A stretch of 64,000 bases of DNA from assembly GCA_905211485.1 (NCBI GenBank), contig CAJMAW010000001.1, positions 254 to 64,253 of the forward strand. Reading direction: 5' to 3'. Under the pieces are notes generated by a model, which saw nothing but the letters and a program-made list of their open reading frames with translations, searched no databases and was not told the DNA's origin. This document shows positions 55,901-62,409 of the stretch, piece after piece. The stretch comes from an uncultured Lentisphaeria bacterium (GTDB lineage: Bacteria; Verrucomicrobiota; Lentisphaeria; Victivallales; UBA1829). Made by a program: the position numbers and the translations under genes. The first letter of the stretch is position 1. Each line of letters begins with the position of its first letter.

Positions 55901-57085
55901 CTTGTAGGAGGCACCCTTCTTGAAGAAGAACTCTGCACTCTGCAAGGCTGCGCCCTTGTCGTTCAGGATTCCCGCGTAAGAGCCGTCCAGGAAGAGCCGG
56001 GTATTCTGACCGTCCCGGCGGAATTCGATGCGGAGGGGATGTTCCGAGGCTTTCGGCAGTTTCTCCCAGTCGCGGATGATGTCCACATATTCCGGAACGA
56101 CGCTGTAGCTGCTGTGATAGCGCCGCAGAAGGGGGCGGACATAAACGTTCTGAAGAAGATTCTTATCTCCTTTGACACTCAGGAAAGCATCAGGCAGATC
56201 GATTTTCGTTCCTTTCGCCTGTTCGCCGACAGGGGCCATCAGGGAATGCTTCCGGATCCCTTCTGTGTTGATGGAAAGTTCCGTCTCCGTCCCGTCGCTC
56301 CACTTGAGAATTCCTTTGACCGCATCCTTTTCCGTTCCCGTGATCACGGTGATTCCTCCGGCTTTTTCAGGACGGATGGTCACGGGAGTGCTTTCCGATG
56401 CGGCTGTCTGGAATCCTTTTTTGTCCGTCAGACTTTTCAGGGAGGCTGTCAGATCCAACACGCTGCTGTCCTTCAGTGCCCCGGGGCTGCGGAGAAGGAA
56501 ATGCGATACCGCAAACTGTTTCTCCGGTTCCGCAAAAATATTGAAGCCCTTCAGCTGGAAGGAACCCAATGCGGCAGTGAAGAGTTTTTTATACTGTCTG
56601 TCCGCAGTCACATAGACATCCAGTTTGCCTCCGGAGAATTTGAGAGCCGCCTTTTCCCATTGTCTGGTCCGATGCGGCACCTGGAAGGCCGTTTTGGCTG
56701 TGTCGAGCGACACTTCCTTCGGGGTGAAGACAACGACTTTATCCTTGCCGTCCGCTCCCTTCAGATATACTTTGAATTCTCCCTTGTCGTTATTGAAGCG
56801 GAAATCGAAAAGCAGATCGAAGGCGGAAAGGGTTTTCCCGGCAGCTCCTTGAAAATCCTTGAAGATGAATCCGGGTTCCTTTGCATTGACATTCAGTTCC
56901 GCATTGTCCGCCCAGATCGGATCGTTGCCGACCGAGAATCCTTTCCCCTCCGGACACAACGGCGCCTGTTCCGTGTAGTTCCGGAAGTTCTCCCGGAAAT
57001 ACTCGGCGGGTTCCGCTGCTGAGAGGTACGGAATGACAGGGAGTGAAAGTCCTGCAAGCAGAATCGCATTGCAAATCTTCGGCAT
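52958..57085 (-). CDS. Very large secreted protein (1375 aa), putative multi-domain glycan-active protein
   Basis: Signal peptide MPKICNAILLAGLSLPVIPYLSAAEP. The N-terminal region is beta-sandwich-like. The central region has alternating beta/alpha character (IQIGNSSASIG...YIGIETPSQ...WEFTYRCERDMG). The C-terminal region is beta-rich. No family recognised with certainty. Confidence 0.8.
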   Translation of the reverse strand: MPKICNAILLAGLSLPVIPYLSAAEPAEYFRENFRNYTEQAPLCPEGKGFSVGNDPIWADNAELNVNAKEPGFIFKDFQGAAGKTLSAFDLLFDFRFNNDKGEFKVYLKGADGKDKVVVFTPKEVSLDTAKTAFQVPHRTRQWEKAALKFSGGKLDVYVTADRQYKKLFTAALGSFQLKGFNIFAEPEKQFAVSHFLLRSPGALKDSSVLDLTASLKSLTDKKGFQTAASESTPVTIRPEKAGGITVITGTEKDAVKGILKWSDGTETELSINTEGIRKHSLMAPVGEQAKGTKIDLPDAFLSVKGDKNLLQNVYVRPLLRRYHSSYSVVPEYVDIIRDWEKLPKASEHPLRIEFRRDGQNTRLFLDGSYAGILNDKGAALQSAEFFFKKGASYKDARSDSPALKADPKYYPLDITARPKAKAFVDAQSSLKEGFSNINGIPMFVASPEHSSDVGIARQGMGEWALEVEEYLGRSPFDGLLSEVHYLLPPADYTKAWILCAVDPDPAKDPFLTTRIGYYIYPNGSGQNMMADTHTVFPRKGEALPANMKQVGSVKIKGVETPLYLAEIELGTGSVLDLPARQKHLNLDFFGKPWENFEQIDRTGKPTPYSTSAVQIFGITLEQAPILMDIEQKQPGNVFTQAENPETSVVLKSLRPAKGKLVWEAFDADVKKVAGSSADWQFAKAGEEKTLKISLPKDKVGYFDLNMTLADEKGNVILTHPARFAILAKDERKADKYTSPFATWWFDAHGSLGDFEVAGPLFQKAGIRKASWATAKLSQEEMDRFNVTTTLNLMFPLGIRDLDPATGEFKEKQIRDPKDPKKRITVSGEEYARMTIQENLDKRPKSDHILIWHETAPGYGIPEEMLNMDVPSDPALKERAENLGKYINAAGKIIRKHFPKLKIQIGNSSASIGATTLPLRGGADPQYYDYIGIETPSQVIVPEKLQEVGFQGMMISKDIAEKLGKRKIPANGSWEFTYRCERDMGEQQQAEWYMRDVLISLANDFFLISPGIFFDCSSGYYNGLWGGSGIITRGPYVYPKRAYVAYAALTNVFDRVKFNRQIPTGSTTVYALEFNRADGQKAIALWASRGTVKFKVEFNGKASVREFTMYGAESRKSGNEITVDAGTSPVYLLSDKGVKSVSILDRAFPKDEARAAKSKVVAPLSSLDGITAAPDKSYESTHTKFLPITKPSDFIVKAVKDEEKGDCIEATLDLSKNKDTGKYISEYTHLMFKEPVPVEGNPAAVGVWVKGNSSWGRILFEIEDAEGEVWKTLSTSGWGCDILDWPGNLSVNFDGWNFVAHPLRDTDLFNDHSPGPVSEQWVSEGGNKKIDMPIKLRGIGIEVNRNKLDLLDFKKSEPSVRVKDYSAVYDKEEDK

Positions 57086-57579
57086 GTTACTCTCTCTCTT
57101 TCTCTCTAGATTGTTTACTTGGGGACTCTTTGATTTATTTTTAGAAAAACACGTGAAAGGATAGCTCTGATTTTTCCTTTTTTCAAATCAAAAATTCTTT
57201 TCTTCAATTCTTTTTTTCAGAAATCTGTCATGGTCAGACGAAAAATCTGTATCTGAATCCGCCTTCTTCCCAAGTCTCGGCTCGTCTTTCCTGAAGATCC
57301 GGGAAGATTGCATGAAAATGCGAAAATTAGATTCCTGACACGAAGCGGGACGAAGCGGGACGGGAAAGAACAAATCCCTGTTGGTGCATGTGTGTGCTGC
57401 CTGGCAGGAAGAATACCCGGGCTCTTTCTTCCTTTTCCCTCTTTTCCCCTCCACCACCGTTTCTGCGCGCGGGGGGACGTAAGGGAAGGAAAAGGTCCTT
57501 TCATTCAAGACAGTGAATCTGAGTAAAAGATGAATAGAGAGAGGCGAATACGATCATCGTAAATAAGGTGGATATTGCC

Positions 57580-58692
57580 TCAGCCTGCTTTGCGGATGAG
57601 GAAGAACCATCCGTACAGGGCGAATGCCACCGTCGGTGCCAGTCCTCCAACGATGGGGGGGAGGATTCCCTGCTTGCCGAGCAGCATGAAGACTTCCGTC
57701 ATGATCTGGTACAGCACAATGATTCCCACGGCGGCGGTGATGGCTGTAAAGATTCCGGAACGTTCATTTTTCGCAGCAAGAGGAAGTGCCAGAAATACAC
57801 AGAGAAAACAGACCCACGGGAATGCCAGACGGTAATAAAAGATTGTTGTGTAAATGTTTCTCAGTGTCGGAGCCATGTTTTTACTGCTTTGGAGAATATC
57901 GTAAATGATCCAGGTAGGCAATTCCTCCGGGGGTTTGATGGAGTTGATGATGTTGTCTGGCGTTTCAGGAATTTCATCTCTGGAAATGGTGAGTTTTTCG
58001 AGTTCTTCAGGCTGTCCGGGCAGATAGAACTGGCTGTAAGGGGTGCGGAGCACTCCTTTGAATTCCCAGCCTTTTCCTTCAATGAAGCGGGCTTCCTCCG
58101 CGCGGATGTCCTGAGAGAGAACCTGACGGCCTTCCGATTCGCCGGTCCCGTCCACATAAATTTTCAGGATGATGTTTTTCTGGACTCCCTCCGCATCAAA
58201 TTCCTGAAAAAGCCAATCTCTTTTCTTGTCGCTGCTCCGGTACTGAAGCATGCTGTGCATCCATTTCTCGTAATCGGGGTTCTGCACGGTTTCGATGAGA
58301 ATGGTCGATTCCCGTTCGCAGTCCGGCACCACCTTTTCGTTGAACCAGAAATTCACCAGAGTGACCGCGAACGCTACCATATAGATCGGAAATGCGGAAC
58401 GGAAGAGGGAAATCCCTGAGGCTCTCATCGCCGTGATTTCCCTGTGCCTCCCGAAATTCGCCAGCGTGTACATGCACGAGAGCAACACAGTGATCGGAAG
58501 AATGAACCGGATGTTCCCAGGCATCTTCAGTATAAAATACCTTGCTGCCAGAGACACGGGCGACTTATGATCCAGAAATTCGTTCAGGTCGTTGAACATG
58601 TCTCCCACCAGAAACAGCAGACAGAAAGCAAAGAGCAGCGCTGTGAACGGCACCAGAAATTCGCGCAGGACGTAAAAGTCCAGAATCGGCAT
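57580..58692 (-). CDS. LptF/LptG-family (YjgP/YjgQ) LPS export permease
   Basis: MPILDFYVLREFLVPFTALLFAFCLLFLVGDMFN, a periplasmic beta-jellyroll-sized insert, and three C-terminal TM segments. Start set at ATG 58692. Confidence 0.85.
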   Translation of the reverse strand: MPILDFYVLREFLVPFTALLFAFCLLFLVGDMFNDLNEFLDHKSPVSLAARYFILKMPGNIRFILPITVLLSCMYTLANFGRHREITAMRASGISLFRSAFPIYMVAFAVTLVNFWFNEKVVPDCERESTILIETVQNPDYEKWMHSMLQYRSSDKKRDWLFQEFDAEGVQKNIILKIYVDGTGESEGRQVLSQDIRAEEARFIEGKGWEFKGVLRTPYSQFYLPGQPEELEKLTISRDEIPETPDNIINSIKPPEELPTWIIYDILQSSKNMAPTLRNIYTTIFYYRLAFPWVCFLCVFLALPLAAKNERSGIFTAITAAVGIIVLYQIMTEVFMLLGKQGILPPIVGGLAPTVAFALYGWFFLIRKAG

Positions 58693-59000
58693 CTGGCTGA
58701 ATGTTCTCGGCGTATTGCTCAAATATTTGAGGGATGGACTGTTTCTGTTGTTCAATGGATTCTTTCCCGCCATTTTTTAGAGAAATTGGATGCTTTCCCA
58801 CGCTTCCCGGTAAGATAGCGCATTTTTCCATTTTCGCAACCCCCGGCATCCGGTTTTGAAAATAAAAAAGACGTTCCCGGAAATCTCCGAGAACGTCTTA
58901 CCCGCCATTCCTTTTTCTCTCCGTCCGGCTTTTTCCCCATGGGGGGAGAAAAGATTCGGGGGAAAATCAGGAAGGCTGCTTTTTTCACCTGGGGGAAGGC

Positions 59001-59168
59001 TCAGCCTCTGCGGCGCTGTGAACGGCGCTTTTTTTCGCTGGGCTTTTCGAAGTGCCTCCGGTTGCGGAGTTCCTTCAGGGTTCCTTCCTTGTCGAGCTTT
59101 TTCTTCAGCCGGCGCAGGGCGCGGTCGATCGGCTCGCCTTTTTTCAGACGGACTTCCGTTGCTTCCAT
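59001..59168 (-). CDS. rpsU: 30S ribosomal protein S21
   Basis: Below the ORF-track length cutoff. My translation is [55 protein letters not shown], 55 aa, matching the S21 pattern (ALRRFKK...EKPSE..KR). Confidence 0.9.
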   Translation of the reverse strand: MEATEVRLKKGEPIDRALRRLKKKLDKEGTLKELRNRRHFEKPSEKKRRSQRRRG

Positions 59169-59324
59169 ATTCTTTTGTTCACCCCCCTTCAGAAACTGAA
59201 TCTATTCATGGGCTTGTATCCCGTTTCCCTTTTTTCTTCAGTGAGAGGGAAGAAAAAAGGGCTTTCTGTTCTTTTTCTGTATCTCAAAGTCTGTATGTCA
59301 AACACGCAAAAACAAAAATGATTA

Positions 59325-62207
59325 TTATTCGTTGGCGAAACCGGCTTCGTCCGCGAGCATTGCGCGGAGCTTGCTTAGAGCCTGGTTCTGGATCTGCCGG
59401 ACACGTTCCCGGGTGCGTCCGATTTCCTGGCTGACTTCCTCCAGAGTTCGGGAACGGGCTCCGTCGAGTCCGAAACGCATTTTCAGGATCATCCGTTCGC
59501 GTTCGTCCAGATCGCGCAGAAGATCCATCAGGCGGCCGACGGATTCCACATCACTGAGAATCCGGTCCGGTGTCATGGCTCCGCGGTCGGGAATAATATC
59601 CTGGAATTCTCCGTCTTCCCCCTGCTGGATGGGGTCGTGCAGAGAGAAGGTCCGCAGATCTGCAAGACGAAGACCCGCCACGGTTCTTTCACTGTAGTCC
59701 AGGTTTTCTGCAATTTCGGCGTCGGTCGGTTCGCGCCCGAGTTTTTCCGTGAGCTTCATCCGGACGGATTTGATTTTGTTGATCTTCCCCGCCGACTGCA
59801 CAGGAATGCGGATGGTGCGGCTCTGATTCGCCAGCGCACGGCGCATGGACTGTTTGATCCACCAGGCCGCATACGAACTGAATTTCGCTCCTTTCGCGGG
59901 ATCGAATTTCTCCACCGCACGCATCAGACCGATATTCCCTTCGGAAATCAAATCCAGAAGCGGAAGCCCCAGGCCCTTGAAGTCGTGCGCAATTTTGACG
60001 ACAAGACGGAGATTCGCCTTGATCAGCGTTGCTCTCGCCTTGTCGTGGGCAATGTTGTCCTCGCCGTGGATCATCGCAGCAAGGTCCACTTCCTGATCCT
60101 TGGTCACCAGATCGATCTGGCCGATGTCGTGCATATACACTTTCATCGTGTCGTTTTTGGTCACCGAACCGTGTTTCGCGGCGACCTTCGCATTTTTCCG
60201 GTCCAGAGAAAGATCTTTTTCAGCGTTCTGAAGATCTAGCGAATTCAGGTCAATGTCGATATCCTCGATCACGGGTTCTTCCTCGGTCCGGGGAGAATCA
60301 ATCTGCTTTTCCACTTCAATGTCGACAAGCAGTTTCTCAGGCACTTTGACTTTTTTCGGAGGTCTGGGCGGCGGAACTGAAGAGGGCATTCCCCCCTCCT
60401 TCTCAGCCGTCTTCGCGGGCTTGTCCTTCCCGTCTTTCGCTTCCGCCGGAAGCGATGAAGATGAGGGCGCTGCTGTTTCGGCAGAAGCTGCGGAAGCCGT
60501 CTTCCCTGTCTTTTTTGCCGGGGCGGGAGCGGCATCGGCTTCTTTGCCGCCTGCGGATGATGCGGACGGAACAGACTTCTCTTTTTTCGTTTCCTGCTTC
60601 TGTTCCCGGACAGGCAAATTTTCCTGCGAGGACTTTCCCTCTTTTTTCAGAGAAGCCTGATCTGCCTGGGACTTCTTCGCCGTCTGCTTTGCAGGCGCGG
60701 AGCCCTGAACGGGAGACGAGGAAGCTTCCGGAACGTCTTTCCCCCCGTCCGACGATGCCGGAGAACTGCTGCTTCCCCCTGCCTTTTTCTTTGTCCTGAG
60801 CTCCGCAGCTCCGGCTTCCTGCCGATTCTGAGCGGCAGCAACAGAAGGAAGAAGGCCTTCCATCTGTTTCTTCCCGGACTTCTTCGCGTTTTTCGGCGAC
60901 ACGGCGGACCCGTCGGATTTTTTCTGGTTCTGAAGAGTTTCTTCCGGATCTTTCGAGACCGTCTTTCCCGCGTTTCCGTTTTTTTGAACGGCGGCGCGGG
61001 GAGAAGCGGTTTCCAGATCTTTCCCCGCTTTCTTTCCCGTATCCTTCCCGCTTTTCTTCGAGCGGGAAGAATCTTCGGCTCCGGAAGAGGAAGAGTCCTT
61101 CGACTCTGTTTCCGGACTTGCCTGAACAGGCGGGACAGCGGCCTTGCCCTTCTGCGTTCTCCCGGCTTTCAGATCCGGAACGGCAGACGCCCCGTCAGAC
61201 TTTTTCTGGTTCTGAAGAGTTCCTTCCGGGTCTTTTGAGACCGCCGTTCCCGTGTTTCCAGCTTTCTTCTGAACGGCGGACTGGAGAGAGAAGACGGGCT
61301 TCTGATCTTTTTCCGCTTTCTTCTTCGTTTCTTTTTTTTCAGTCTTGCCGGTTTCGGAAGGAGTCTGGAGCGGAGCCGCCGCAGGACTCCCCTTCTGTTT
61401 TTTCCCAGTTTTCGGAGCCGGGGGGGCAGCCGACACGACGGAAGCGGAGTGCGACGCTGCGGCAGGAGAAACAGATTTTTCCGGAACGCTCCTGCTCTTC
61501 TTCTTGCCGTCATTCAGATTCCGGGCCGCAGAGAGAGTGGAGGTATCCTTTTTTTTCTCTGTCTTTTTTTTCTCTGTCTTTTCCGGTTTTTCTTTGCCTT
61601 TTTCCGTTTTTCCTGTCCCGGGGAGAGCGGCAGAAGTTTTCTGCATCTTTTTTTGTGCCGGGGAGGAGGATTTCACTTCATTTTCCGGTTCCGGCGATTT
61701 TCTTTTCTGTGCATTCTGGGCAGCCGGGGGTACTTTGACTTTGACTTTCGCCTCCGCCGCGGCTTTTTTTCCGGCTGCGGGGACCGATGCGGCTGCTTCC
61801 TGTTTCCTTCCTGTGCCTTTCCCGGTGGATTTTTCAGATGCGGAGGAAACGCTTGCGGTATTTTCTCTGCTGTTTTCCTTCTTCGTTTTCTCAGCGGTTT
61901 TCGTTTTTTCAGCGGGGACTGCTGTCTTGGAAACGGCCTTGCTCTTTTTCGCCGCTGCAGGCTGTTTTTCTACGGAACTCTGCACGGCGGGACGTTTTGA
62001 GGATGCTGTTTTTTCTGTTTTTTTCTGTTCAGAAGTCATGGAAGCGGATTTTTTCACAGGAGCCTCCTGTGTCTTTTTTGAGGGCGCGGCAGGGGGCACA
62101 AGCGGAGTTTTTTTCACAGCGGTCTGCGAAAGTTTTTTTTCTGACACAGTCGGTTTTTCTTTAGAGGAAACAACCTTCTTCTTCTGGGAATCCGAAGCAG
62201 ATTTCAT
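59325..62207 (-). CDS. rpoD: RNA polymerase sigma-70 family factor (RpoD-like) with a ~620-aa basic low-complexity N-terminal extension
   Basis: The C-terminal 273 aa carries regions 1.2 to 4.2 (VYMHDIGQIDLV; ANLRLVVKIAHDF; LDLISEGNIGLMRAVEKFD; YAAWWIKQSMRRAL; TIRIPV; TLEEVSQEIGRTRERVRQIQNQALSKLR). The preceding ~620 aa is K/A/S/P/T/E/G-rich. Confidence 0.9.
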   Translation of the reverse strand: MKSASDSQKKKVVSSKEKPTVSEKKLSQTAVKKTPLVPPAAPSKKTQEAPVKKSASMTSEQKKTEKTASSKRPAVQSSVEKQPAAAKKSKAVSKTAVPAEKTKTAEKTKKENSRENTASVSSASEKSTGKGTGRKQEAAASVPAAGKKAAAEAKVKVKVPPAAQNAQKRKSPEPENEVKSSSPAQKKMQKTSAALPGTGKTEKGKEKPEKTEKKKTEKKKDTSTLSAARNLNDGKKKSRSVPEKSVSPAAASHSASVVSAAPPAPKTGKKQKGSPAAAPLQTPSETGKTEKKETKKKAEKDQKPVFSLQSAVQKKAGNTGTAVSKDPEGTLQNQKKSDGASAVPDLKAGRTQKGKAAVPPVQASPETESKDSSSSGAEDSSRSKKSGKDTGKKAGKDLETASPRAAVQKNGNAGKTVSKDPEETLQNQKKSDGSAVSPKNAKKSGKKQMEGLLPSVAAAQNRQEAGAAELRTKKKAGGSSSSPASSDGGKDVPEASSSPVQGSAPAKQTAKKSQADQASLKKEGKSSQENLPVREQKQETKKEKSVPSASSAGGKEADAAPAPAKKTGKTASAASAETAAPSSSSLPAEAKDGKDKPAKTAEKEGGMPSSVPPPRPPKKVKVPEKLLVDIEVEKQIDSPRTEEEPVIEDIDIDLNSLDLQNAEKDLSLDRKNAKVAAKHGSVTKNDTMKVYMHDIGQIDLVTKDQEVDLAAMIHGEDNIAHDKARATLIKANLRLVVKIAHDFKGLGLPLLDLISEGNIGLMRAVEKFDPAKGAKFSSYAAWWIKQSMRRALANQSRTIRIPVQSAGKINKIKSVRMKLTEKLGREPTDAEIAENLDYSERTVAGLRLADLRTFSLHDPIQQGEDGEFQDIIPDRGAMTPDRILSDVESVGRLMDLLRDLDERERMILKMRFGLDGARSRTLEEVSQEIGRTRERVRQIQNQALSKLRAMLADEAGFANE
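60909..61279 (-). repeat. Two ~85-bp near-identical segments (60909..60993 and 61192..61279) inside the sigma-factor tail
   Basis: Read directly as ccgtcggattttttctggttctgaagagtttcttccgg... versus ccgtcagactttttctggttctgaagagttccttccgg.... They encode ..TVSKDPEETLQNQKKSDGSAVSP.. and ..AVSKDPEGTLQNQKKSDGASAVP.. Confidence 0.75.
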
Positions 62208-62409
62208 CAGCTGCTTTTTCTCCTTGCACTATTTCCTGTTGCGCAATTGCCTTTTTATGATGGACTGTTATATTGTTGTCCGTTTCTTTTCTACGGCGGA
62301 GAAGCATCTTTTTTTCCCCCCCCCCCTCTTTTTTTCCGGGGGGAATCCGCACGGGAAAGAAGCAGAAAAACAACAGGGACAGTTCGCACATATAAAACCA
62401 TATTATATA

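Noticed and set aside
52907-57022. 1371-aa ORF on the plus strand
   Set aside because: It is the codon-aligned antisense shadow of the 1375-aa minus-strand gene. Its composition is Arg/Gly/Phe/Pro-rich with no hydrophobic-core periodicity and no signal or motif. The minus-strand product has a signal peptide and protein-like domains.
57188-57508. 106-aa and 95-aa minus-strand ORFs in the gap upstream of the 1375-aa gene
   Set aside because: They lie in an AT-rich promoter-like region, have low-complexity composition and no RBS, and overlap each other in different frames.
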